Shown here: in pieces, positions 49,201 to 58,020 of the stretch
Layout: the number at the start of each line of letters is the position of its first letter
How positions within the stretch are numbered: position 1 is the first letter of the stretch
From: Podarcis muralis
Taxonomy: Eukaryota
DNA: 64,000 bases
Direction of reading: 5' to 3'
Assembly (NCBI RefSeq): GCF_964188315.1
Contig: NC_135663.1
Span: 10,168,001 to 10,232,000, forward strand
Position numbers and translations under genes: made by a program
Notes under the pieces: generated by a model
Databases searched by the model: none
What the model saw: the letters and a program-made list of their open reading frames with translations, nothing else
What the model was told of the DNA's origin: nothing

Positions 49201-49339
49201 AGGAGGAGGGAAACCGTCCCTGAAATCGTCCAAGCCATTTTTCAGGAAACGCCAGCGCTGGCCGTTTAAGGAATCCAAAAGCCCGGATTTGTTAAGGGAA
49301 CGCTTTTGAAAGCATTTAAAGGGCATTTTCTCCTTGCAT
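28116..49339 (-). CDS. FAM47E: FAM47E-like gene, seven exons: complement(join(28116-28244,29934-30011,31757-31900,32469-32666,36700-36835,43167-43330,48958-49339)); first exon not resolved
   Basis: All seven exons have GT-AG boundaries and join in one frame (1231 nt). Motifs match remembered human FAM47E: [81 protein letters not shown]. Confidence 0.92.
29085..29172. repeat. (ATAAAT)n hexanucleotide microsatellite
   Basis: About 14 perfect units. Confidence 0.95.
29180..29770 (-). mobile_element. L2-type LINE 3' fragment (homologous copy at 61150-61570)
   Basis: [30 protein letters not shown] peptide shared by both copies. Confidence 0.75.
29934..30011 (-). CDS. FAM47E: FAM47E-like exon 7
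   Basis: Acceptor TTTTCAG; encodes [26 protein letters not shown]; donor GAT|GTAAGG; 78 nt. Confidence 0.92.
30186..30426 (+). mobile_element. tRNA-derived SINE (Squam3-like)
   Basis: tRNA-like head with A box (TGGTGTAGTGG) and B-box-like GGTTCACATCC; (TCT)n tail. Confidence 0.75.
30617..30966 (+). mobile_element. Sauria SINE
   Basis: TSD ACAAAGCCCTA (30606-30616 / 30967-30977). Confidence 0.9.
31340..31625 (+). mobile_element. L2 LINE 3' fragment
   Basis: AGGGCCTTCTCGGTAGTGGCACCC...TTTAGAAGACATCTG...GGGCGG-ATATAAAT end. Confidence 0.7.
31757..31900 (-). CDS. FAM47E: FAM47E-like exon 6
   Basis: Acceptor CATTCAG; encodes ...[23 protein letters not shown]...; donor AAG|GTATTG; 144 nt. Confidence 0.92.
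31986..32309. mobile_element. hAT-type MITE (second copy 56530-56842)
   Basis: CATGGGTAGGCAAACT...TGAC(C/G)CCTG ends; TSDs CTCCAGAC/CTGCAGAC and GCTTAGAC. Confidence 0.87.
32469..32666 (-). CDS. FAM47E: FAM47E-like exon 5
   Basis: Acceptor CCCAG; encodes [24 protein letters not shown]...[10 protein letters not shown]...; donor AAG|GTAAGC; 198 nt. Confidence 0.92.
33109..33456. mobile_element. hAT-type non-autonomous element
   Basis: Imperfect TIRs; perfect 8-bp TSD GTCCCTAG (33101-33108 / 33457-33464). Confidence 0.8.
33465..33539 (+). pseudogene. Truncated 5S rRNA-derived fragment (pseudogene or SINE3-type head)
   Basis: ACCCTGAACACGCCCAACCTCATCTGATCTCAGAAGCTAAGCAGGATCAGGCCTGGTTAGTAGTTGGATAGGAG aligns by eye to vertebrate 5S rRNA positions ~15-90. 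Differences are mostly CpG transitions; the 3' third is missing. Confidence 0.85.
34440..35120 (-). mobile_element. L1 LINE ORF2 C-terminal fragment and 3' end
   Basis: [25 protein letters not shown] zinc-knuckle-type peptide followed by L1-like C-terminal residues. Confidence 0.82.
35999..36524. mobile_element. Tc1/mariner (Tigger-like) MITE, long variant (short variants 26605-26863 and 60657-60917)
   Basis: TIR CCGTATTTTT(C/T)GCTCTATA...TATAGAGCAAAAAATACGG; TA TSD. Confidence 0.88.
36700..36835 (-). CDS. FAM47E: FAM47E-like exon 4
   Basis: Acceptor CCAACAG; encodes NDPYKWFTK...[17 protein letters not shown]; donor CTG|GTGAGC; 136 nt. Confidence 0.9.
36886..36930. repeat. (TTTG)n microsatellite
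   Basis: Seen directly, between FAM47E exon 4 and the solo LTR. Confidence 0.95.
36938..37183 (-). mobile_element. Solo LTR (second copy 48602-48896; related LTR ending at ~42935)
   Basis: TGTTA...TAACA termini, 5-bp TSD ATTTT, TATA (TATATAAG) and AATAAA on the - strand, CCAAT and octamer motifs. Confidence 0.75.
37466..37840 (-). mobile_element. Sauria SINE
   Basis: Same body in reverse orientation. Confidence 0.85.
38909..39346 (+). mobile_element. BovB LINE fragment
   Basis: [17 protein letters not shown]...KSRTRLN; TSD ATCACAGCT. Confidence 0.92.
39525..40336 (+). mobile_element. CR1 LINE 3' part (young)
   Basis: Intact RT C-terminal ORF ([14 protein letters not shown]...[11 protein letters not shown]...) and CTATGATTCTATGATTCT tail. 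Confidence 0.95.
41701..42007. other. Assembly gap (N run)
   Basis: Run of N. Confidence 1.
42797..42920 (+). repeat. Tandem ~39-bp CCAAT-containing repeat (about 3 units) inside an LTR-like element
   Basis: TTGTTCTAGGACCAATCAGACTGCTGCA(A/G/T)...ATCCTA repeated; the element ends CTCAGTACATAACA like the solo LTRs. Confidence 0.8.
43167..43330 (-). CDS. FAM47E: FAM47E-like exon 3
   Basis: Acceptor TTCTTAG; encodes [14 protein letters not shown]...; donor TG|GTGAGT; 164 nt. Confidence 0.88.
46040..46295 (+). mobile_element. L1 ORF2 C-terminal fragment
   Basis: [27 protein letters not shown]...[15 protein letters not shown]. Confidence 0.65.
48247..48600 (+). mobile_element. Sauria SINE
   Basis: Body plus (CCTTTA)n tail; TSD CTAGTG. 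Confidence 0.88.
48958..49339 (-). CDS. FAM47E: FAM47E-like exon 2 (first identified coding exon; in-frame ATG at 49326)
   Basis: Acceptor TTTTCCAG|A; encodes [10 protein letters not shown]...[14 protein letters not shown]; donor GAG|GTAAGG. Confidence 0.92.
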
Positions 49340-49359
49340 CTGGAAAACAACAACACTAT

Positions 49360-49412
<53 letters not shown>

Positions 49413-50138
49413 CATACATGGTTCCAACCACCAAACTTGCAGGATCAAACTGAAGTTTGTAGATTATATTTACAATGTAAAAAGATGGAATTTACCACAC
49501 AACCCCAGGCCATATTTCTATGGGGCTTAGACCGGGTATGTTTTCTTAGAACTGCAGCTGTTCTTAGCTAAAATTGCAATTGGAAGAATACATACCAGCA
49601 GGTGAAAGTAGCAAAATTCCACACAAAATCTGGCACCTAAGACGTGTGCAAATATTGCAACATTGGCTGGGTGGCTTCAGAGTTTTCACAAAGCAGCAAA
49701 TCTTTGCCTCCCGGTAGAAAGGAGACAACTGAGCGCCGTTAAGCATGTGCGCTTGGTGTGTTTGGGCCTGGTTGTTGTGGCAACCGAACTCTGCCGAGCT
49801 GGTTCATTCACAGCAGCAAATTTTCTACAGGCAGGGACGAAGAGGATTTACCCGCCTTTTATGCTGTAAGGAGGTAACCTGAGAACACCAGCAGAGGAAA
49901 TCTTGAAGGTCTCGATCCATTCACAGCATGCTAGGGCAGGTTGGGAAACCTTCCTCAGACTGAGGGCCACATTCCCTCACGGGCAGCATTGCAGGGGCCG
50001 CAAACCATTGGTGTGTGTGGCAAACATAGATGTGGGGGGCCAGACAGGCACTGCTCTCCATCCTAGCAAGCAAGTGTAATAAACAAAAATCTGCCCTTAT
50101 TCCCTTATGTGGGATACAAGAGCCCTTATAAAGTCCTT

Positions 50139-50710
50139 TGTAGGTTCTCCATCGGCCGGAGAAAATAACAGAGGCCAACCAGAGAATATTGAGATGCAAA
50201 GCAGCTCGTAAGCCTGATCTTTATTGAAACTGTTGCAACAGGGTGCTCCCCTCACACGCAGGAAAGGAGGAGGACCCCAAACAAAGGTGTGCCTGCCCTT
50301 ATATAAACATTTTAAATTCCCTGCCCTGGAGCTCAAGACCACCCCTCCATACATCATACCTACATCACAGAAAGGGCGGTCTACAACAGAAATCTGAGTG
50401 CGTTGTTTATCTCCTGTCTGGCAGGTTACCTGTTAATGGTTACTTGATTGGATACCCTGGGGAGCCTGGCCAGTCTTCTGTAATGACAAATACTTAGTTC
50501 CTGAGTCAGGTCACAGGCTCGCCCTTTTCATACACAGACATACCCTTAAGACAGGATTTTGTGAAGGAAAAGACAATGGGGAGGCTTTTCCATTTTCCTT
50601 TGACCTTGCAGAGAAATATTTGAGGTCAATTTGGGAGGGACAAAATGGTTTCAGGGCTTTTTCTGTGGGGTTTCAGACATGTGGTTTATATATGCAGTTA
50701 TGAACCTTTA

Positions 50711-50746
<36 letters not shown>

Positions 50747-50747
50747 C
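50139..50747 (-). mobile_element. Probable LTR-like repeat
   Basis: Minus-strand AATAAA and TATA arrangement as in LTRs; ends uncertain. Confidence 0.45.
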
Positions 50748-50837
50748 CTTAAACTTTTTGTTTCACAAGACATTGTCAGAGTTCAAGGATACATTTCAGC
50801 CATGTAAAATGAGGAGAGGAGGACCCAGAGCAGGGAG

Positions 50838-50840
<3 letters not shown>

Positions 50841-50880
<40 letters not shown>
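50841..50880. repeat. (GA)n microsatellite
   Basis: Seen directly; (TA)n at ~50716-50744 nearby. Confidence 0.95.
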
Positions 50881-50882
<2 letters not shown>

Positions 50883-53214
50883 CTTCACGTTCTCCATTTC
50901 TGCACTAAAGGAACATGCAGCTTGGAGGGTGTGTTCCAATAATTCCTTAGGTCCCAAATATAGAGAGTCTCCCAAATTGACCTCAAATATTTCTCTGCAA
51001 GGAGGAAGGAAATGGGAAAAGCTTTACAGTTGTCTTTGGACTGTAGGGGCCTACATCTCCCTGCAAATACAGTCTGGAAAGTATCTGTTAAGCTGAGCAA
51101 ACTATCAATAGGTGTAAGAGATTCAGGAACTACCATCGCATGGCCAGGCTACCCAGAAAATGCAATCAAGTAAGGCATGATCAGGTATCCTGGCAGACAG
51201 GAGAGAAGCAAGACTCTCAAATTTCTGCTGGGGACTGCCTCCTTCTGTGATGTATGTATGATGTTTCGGGGGGTGGTCTTGGGGTACAAGGTGGGCAATT
51301 TCAAAAGTCTTTATAGGGGCTTGCACACCATCGTTCTGGGTCTCTCCTACCTCCTTGCAAGAAGGGGAGGGAACTCTGTTGAAAAATAAAGATCTGCCTT
51401 GCTTTCTATGGATCTTGCCTCCATCCATTCATCTCTGACCAGTTCTTATGCTTCCAGTTGCTTCAAACTGTGCAATATTTAATATCTGCAACAGAGGTCG
51501 GTTCCACACGATAGCAGAATCAGGCCTTTAGCATGCTGGTACCTTTCCTGTGGAACTCCATCCCACCATATATCAGAGGGGCACCTCCCCTATTGTCTTT
51601 CCAGGTATTCCCCTTTCAACAAGCTTTCTAAATTGAGATCTTTATCCCAGCAGGGATCTGTCTTGGATTTGAATTGTTTTATGTCTAAGCCATGGTTGGT
51701 TTAAACATAGACAGATAGCTACAGGTAGTATTTGAGAGTTTTAAAAATTGCTTTCAGGCATGCAGTTAACTGTTTTTATACAGTGGTACCTCGGGTTAAG
51801 TACTTAATTTGTTCCGGAGGTCCGTTCTTAACCTGAAACTGTTCTTAACTTGAAGCACCACTTTAGCTAATGGGGCCTCCTGCTGCGGCCGTGCCACCGG
51901 AGCCCGATTTCTGTTCTCATCCTGAAGCAAAGTTCTTAACCTGAAGCACTATTTCTGGGTTAGCAGAGTCTGTAACCTGAAGCATATATAACCTGAAGCA
52001 TATGTAACCTGAGGTACCACTGTATACGTAATTGCTTTATACAGTCATACCTCGGGTTACAGACGCTTCGGGATGCGCAATCTCAGGTTGCGCACCGCGC
52101 CGAACCCGGAAGTACCGGAACGGGTTACTTCCGGGTTTCGGCGCTTGCGCATGCACAGAAGACCAAATTGTGACCCGCGTGTGCGCAGATGTGCAGGTTG
52201 CGAACGCTGCAGGTTGCAAACTTGCCTCCCGCACGGATCACGTTCACAACCCAAGCGTCCACTGTGTATGGTTTTCATTCTATTGTAAACCACTTTGGGG
52301 CACCTCGTGGGAAAAGATTCATAAATGAAAATAACCTATAATTTGAGGTGGGGACAGCCAACTGCAGAGGCTACTGAAAGTGGTAACGAATTAACATGAT
52401 GAAAAATTGGGTTTTGAATGCCATCATCTGGAAAGGCCCCCGCAGCCCTGGCTTCTAATAACACCACTGTTTAGCAGAACACACAGGCTGTTGGGAAAGT
52501 CCCGTCCCCCACACCAGCGGTCCCAGAGGCCAGCTGATACTGAAATTCACAGCTAACCACAAGGGTCACTGCCTACCACACAAATGCACTTCAATATGCA
52601 ACACCAGCTCATGGAAATAGCCAGATAAGGAAGTGGAAGTGTTTGCAAACTCTGGAGGAAAAACAACTGTGATGTATCAGTCGGTCCTGAGAGGGATTTC
52701 TGCTGCTCCGTTACATAATGTCTCTCTTTTCCCCCTTATATGAGGGTGTCAGTGAGCCGGCAGTGGAATTTACCCAAAGCAGCTGCAGGAAGTTCTAATC
52801 TGGACCTGGATGCTCCACGCACATAACTTTTTTCCCTCAGGAAAATAAAACGTCTTGTGAGAGGGGCTATTTTGGCTAAGGAGCTATGTGCACCAAAGAG
52901 AGAGGGGAGAATCTCTTCCTGCCCATCCAAATGTCAGCTTGTTTTTCTCTTTGTTTATGCACTTCCCACCCGTCATCAGGTTTCTGGCACAGCTCGCAAA
53001 AGGGAACATTTAAAAATTCAATAAAGCAAATTAAAAAAATAGACGTTTTTATTACACGGGCGCACACCTGACACAAGTAAATAAAACACCGAAACCTTGA
53101 ATCTCTAACACACACTCAGACCCTCCAAGTGTCCCTATTTTCCAGGTACAGTCCAGGATTTACAGAAGCCGTCCCAGTTTCTGAACTGATCCCGGAATGC
53201 CCTGCTTTTCCTTA

Positions 53215-53570
53215 AAGGTAAACGTAAAGGGACCCCTGACCATTAGGTCCAGTCGTGGCCAACTCTGGGGTTGCAGCGCTGATCTCGCTTTATTGGCCGA
53301 GGGAGTCGGCGTACAGCTTCCGGGTCATGTGGCCTGCATGACTAAGCCACTTCTAGCGAACCAGAGCAGTGCACAGAAACTCCATTTACCTTCCCGCCGG
53401 AGTGGTACCTATTTATCTACTTGCACTTTGACATGCTTTCGAACTGCTAGGTTGGCAGGAGCAGGGACCAAGCAACGGGAGCTCACCCCGTCACAGAGAT
53501 TCGAACCGCCGACCTTCTGATTGGCAAGTCCTAGGCTCTGTGGTTTAACCCACAGTGCCACCCGCATCCC
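53215..53570 (-). mobile_element. Sauria SINE
   Basis: Same body in reverse orientation. Confidence 0.87.
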
Positions 53571-54412
53571 TGCTTTTCCTTAGTACGTTCCTATTTTCAT
53601 CAGAGAAATGTTGGTAGGAATTGGAGTTATGCGACCCCAGTGCCAAGAAGATAAGTGATTACACAACCTTTAGAAGACATCTGAAGGCAACCCTGTATAG
53701 AGAAGCTTTAAAAACATGTTTAATGTTTTTATATATGTTATATATGCTGTCAAGAGTGGTTGGGGCAAATCAGTCAGATGGGCGGGGTATAAATGATAAA
53801 ATTATTCTAATTATGGAATAGGATGTCCCTATTTTCACCGGAGAAATGTTGGAGGGTATGCACTTGGGCATTAAAATCCCTACCTTGGGGGGGATTCAAG
53901 ACTCAGCTCATGTGTAAATTGACTCTAAGGCTGCAATCCTACCCCAGGATTTGTTTGGGGGGGGGGTTAATTCCTTCTCCGTTCGAAGAGAAAAAGCCCT
54001 ACATTTAAAATCTGCACCTGTTATGTTTTCCTGGGTGCTGAAACATACGTGCAAGAAGTTGCATAAGACACAGACTGAAAATCTAAGAACAGGAAGATAC
54101 AATTCCTGTGGGTGCATTTCTGTTCTTATTAATGCCTTTTCTGGCCAAATTTGAAAATGAGGTCGCTGGAAAGAGGAATCAGCCCTTGCGTTTCATGTGT
54201 AGGCGTACCCCGAAATTCCTACGCCTCCTTCCTACCCCCAGCTTTTTAAAATCCAGCTTCTCCCTCTGCTGCAATGACAACCTGCTTTCGCAAGGACTCG
54301 GACTTCCTTGTTCCAAAAGCAGTTGTTCCATGGAAGCGATGACGTAATCTGGCAAATCTGGATTACCCAGATTGCAAAGAACAGAAGTTACGGGCTGCGT
54401 ACAATACTAAGC

Positions 54413-54824
54413 NNNNNNNNNNNNNNNNNNNNNNNNNNNNNNNNNNNNNNNNNNNNNNNNNNNNNNNNNNNNNNNNNNNNNNNNNNNNNNNNNNNNNNNN
54501 NNNNNNNNNNNNNNNNNNNNNNNNNNNNNNNNNNNNNNNNNNNNNNNNNNNNNNNNNNNNNNNNNNNNNNNNNNNNNNNNNNNNNNNNNNNNNNNNNNNN
54601 NNNNNNNNNNNNNNNNNNNNNNNNNNNNNNNNNNNNNNNNNNNNNNNNNNNNNNNNNNNNNNNNNNNNNNNNNNNNNNNNNNNNNNNNNNNNNNNNNNNN
54701 NNNNNNNNNNNNNNNNNNNNNNNNNNNNNNNNNNNNNNNNNNNNNNNNNNNNNNNNNNNNNNNNNNNNNNNNNNNNNNNNNNNNNNNNNNNNNNNNNNNN
54801 NNNNNNNNNNNNNNNNNNNNNNNN
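54413..54824. other. Assembly gap (N run)
   Basis: Run of N. Confidence 1.
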
Positions 54825-55366
54825 GAGATCAGTTTATAAAACACACTTGGGGGTACAATCCCAGAAGGTAAACAAACATTTAAAACCATGTACAACAATA
54901 AATTTAAAATTTATAAGTGTGATAAGCGTATAGACACTTAAAACTTTAAGATAAGCTACTGCAGAGAGATGACCCAGAGTCAACCGTGGAAACAAGTTTG
55001 GGGATTTTCTTAACGAACTATTTTGGGTTGGGGGATGGTCTGCGCCTACAGATATGTACGCAGAATCTGGCGACCATCCGGGTTGTCTTATGATCTTTGA
55101 CTAACAGGAAAAGGTCAAATTTTTAACTATCTGATAACTAATCTGATTAATATCTAATAACGATTGCTGTATACCCATATAGGGTTGACTTTGCAAATGG
55201 GCCGGTGGAATCTGGTCTGTCAGGGAAAGTGGGGTACTGCCCCACCACATCTTGATTCCTCCAAGTCCACCTGCCTGCCTTCTGGTCCTGCAATAAGTAA
55301 CCAAACCAACCAACCAACCCCTGTGTTGCAAAGAGAATGTCAGCAATGTCTAGGCAACACGATGAC

Positions 55367-55928
55367 CATATACATACGTAATAGACAACCTTTATAGAAT
55401 TCCTTCAAACCATAACAAGTACAAAATGTAATCTTTAGTCTCAAAGTCTCTGAAAATCTTTAAATGAAGCGAGGTACCAAACTTTGTACTATGAAAGACA
55501 AGCTGTGAAGCTTTGTGTATTCAGTAAATATGATGTCCAACACTGAACAGTGATTCCGGATATTGCCTACTTCATAAACCCATCTTATTTCGAATGAATG
55601 TTTTATATGAGCACTGTTCCACAGCATTTGATATTTTCATTTACATACATTCATTTGAAATAAGATGGGTTTATGAAGCAATTCTATATCCTCCCACCAC
55701 GCTGATGAAGAATTCTACGAAACAGTAGTCAATATCCAGAATCACTGTTCAGTGTTGGACATCATATTTGCTGAATACACAAAGCTTCACAGCTTGTCTT
55801 TCATCATACAAAATCTGGTACCTCGCTTCATTTAAAGATTTTCAGGGACTTTGAGACTAAAGATTTCATTTTGTACTTGTTATGGTTTGAAGGAATTCTA
55901 TAAAGATTGTCTATTACATATGTATATG
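55367..55928. repeat. 562-bp fold-back (long inverted repeat)
   Basis: Arms 55367-55571 and 55724-55928 are reverse complements; inner inverted repeat 55570-55600 / 55648-55678. Confidence 0.9.
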
Positions 55929-56877
55929 CTAACAAAAATGCTAACAAACCTTTGCGGGGACTTTTTTTTTCTTTTTACTGCTCCCATCACCAAAAAACCC
56001 CCTTCCAAGATTGCAGACTTGATGTGGAAATGTGTAAAACTGAACTCAAGATTGGAAAAATGGGAAATGGAAACTGAAATTGAAACTGACGGATTTGTCC
56101 ATCCCTAGCAGGGCAACAGGCAAGACTTGGCAGGGCACAAAGGGGAAAATCCCCTTGTTTCACACACGCTTCTCTGTCCTCCCTCCAGGCAAGCTAGAGA
56201 CATTAACCAGAGTTTAAGGACACGTTCAGCCAGGAATTCCCCAATTTAACTGTCCCATTTCCTTTCAGATTAAGAAGTGCATTTATTGTAAAAGAGGGGG
56301 GAAAGCTCTCTTCAGGCAATTGCTTGATAACAATAAATATATTGTGAGGGGCTGATAAGGCCTCACATGCTGTTCCCACCCAACCTCTGCACATTCAGAG
56401 CTCATGTTTGCATAGAGACACACCTTTGCATCCACACCTAACTTGTGTATAGGCTTCTGTAGATGCAAACAGTGGCCCTCTGTTTTCCAGGGCACCAGAT
56501 TTGATGTGCGTGGGTCTATGTGCTTAGACCATGGGTAGGCAAACTAAGGCCCAGGGGCTGGATCTGGCCCAATCGCCTTCTAAATCCAGCCCACCGAAGG
56601 TCTGGGAATCAGCGTGTTTTTACATGAGTAGAATGTGTGCTTTTATTTAAATTGCATCTCTGGGTTATTTGTGAGGCCTGCCTGGTGTTTTTAATGTGTG
56701 CTTTTATTTAAAATGCATCTCTCGGTTATTTGTGGGGCATAGGAATTTGTTCATTTCCCACCCAAAAAAATATAGTCTGGCCCCCCACAAGGTCTGAGGG
56801 ACAATGGACCGGCCACCTGCTGAAAAAGTTTGCTGACGCCTGGCTTAGACTGCATTTCTACCTCCTGGTTGCAAAGG

Positions 56878-57180
56878 CAATACAGTAAACTCCTTTCTTT
56901 TTACATGAATAAACAGAAAGTAGCTGAAATGTTGAAACATTGTTTATTTATCAGATGGCAAACAGCACTCAAGACCTTTTCTTGATGACATGAAGACTAG
57001 TTGTAATAATGAGTTTTTATTTGATGTGATTATTCTCCCTATTTGCAGTTACATTATTAGGTATTTTGCCTTCATTTATATTTTTTACATACTTGCTATA
57101 GAATTATAATAATAAAAACTTCCTGGGGGAAAACTCTATGAAGTAGCTAAATTAATATTGTTTCTCTGGCTAGAACGCCC
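56878..57180 (+). repeat. Left arm of ~310-bp inverted repeat pair (right arm 60330-60649)
   Basis: Direct reading shows 60330-60649 is the reverse complement of this segment, with scattered substitutions and two short indels. Confidence 0.92.
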
Positions 57181-57389
57181 TGCAAAAAAATTCTCAGCCC
57201 ACTTTACAGTTAAAATTCTAACCAAGTATTAGAAAGGCAGTAGTGATATATGCGCAAGAAGCAGCAAGAGAAAATGGATGAATGAAGGAGAAGCAACACA
57301 AAAAAGGTAAATCAACAAGTACATTAGTATTTAGAGGATAAAAAGCAGGAAAGGTATAGAGCTAAGTGCTCGATTTACTTCAGCAAGTA

Positions 57390-57428
<39 letters not shown>

Positions 57429-57695
57429 TTATTATTTATACCCTGCCCATCTGACTGGGTTTCCCAGCCACTCTGGGCGGCTTCCAACAGAATATTAAAA
57501 TACAATAGTCTATTAAACATTAAAAGCTTCCCTAAACAGTGCTGCCTTCAGATGTCTTCTAAAAGTCTGGTAGTTGTTTTTCTCTTTGACATCTTAATTA
57601 CTATTAAGAGAATGGGGAGCAAAAAGTAAACGTGGGAAGAAGTATGGAGCTAAGAGAAAAGTGATGGCTTTCAAGGAAAATTTGTCTGGAATGGT

Positions 57696-57698
<3 letters not shown>

Positions 57699-57738
<40 letters not shown>

Positions 57739-57740
57739 AC
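57699..57740. repeat. (CA)n microsatellite about 70 bp upstream of the chemokine ISRE
   Basis: Seen directly. Confidence 0.95.
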
Positions 57741-57809
57741 TCCATTATACTGGCACCTTTCTGGCAGTTAGGAGATGGGAAATGATTTATTTGAAATTAT
57801 AGTGGCGTG

Positions 57810-57880
57810 GGAAAGGAAAGTGAAAGGAGCAGGAATTTCCCCAGGGGATGTCAGAAGTGGGTGAAGCTAGCCAATAAATA
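57810..57880 (+). promoter_or_regulatory. Chemokine proximal promoter: ISRE/IRF site, NF-kB site, TATA-like box
   Basis: GGAAAGGAAAGTGAAAG at 57810-57826; GGAATTTCCC at 57832-57841 (reverse complement GGGAAATTCC); ATAAATA at 57874-57880, 80 nt upstream of the ATG. Confidence 0.8.
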
Positions 57881-57959
57881 CTGGCCCCAGAGCTCTCTGA
57901 CTCCACCACACAGCAGCACATTTCCTCCTCTCACAGCAGCCGCAGCAAGAGCAGCAAAG

Positions 57960-58020
57960 ATGATCCAGAAGTCCTGCCTCGTAATCCTGATGCTTGTCCT
58001 TTGCACAGCTCTCATACACG
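57960..58020 (+). CDS. CXCL11-like: CXC chemokine exon 1 (signal peptide)
   Basis: ATG at 57960; hydrophobic 20-mer; donor G|GTAATA; 61 nt. Confidence 0.9.

Noticed and set aside
48901-49434. Poly-Ile N-terminus of the FAM47E ORF, and similar poly-Asn/poly-Tyr ORFs
   Set aside because: Translation of intronic (AAT)n microsatellites; the real exon starts at the acceptor at 49339.
50584-51021. ~50-bp inverted repeat (50584-50634 / 50971-51021) around (TA)n and (GA)n tracts
   Set aside because: Most simply explained as two fragments of the same LTR-like repeat; too short to suggest a function.
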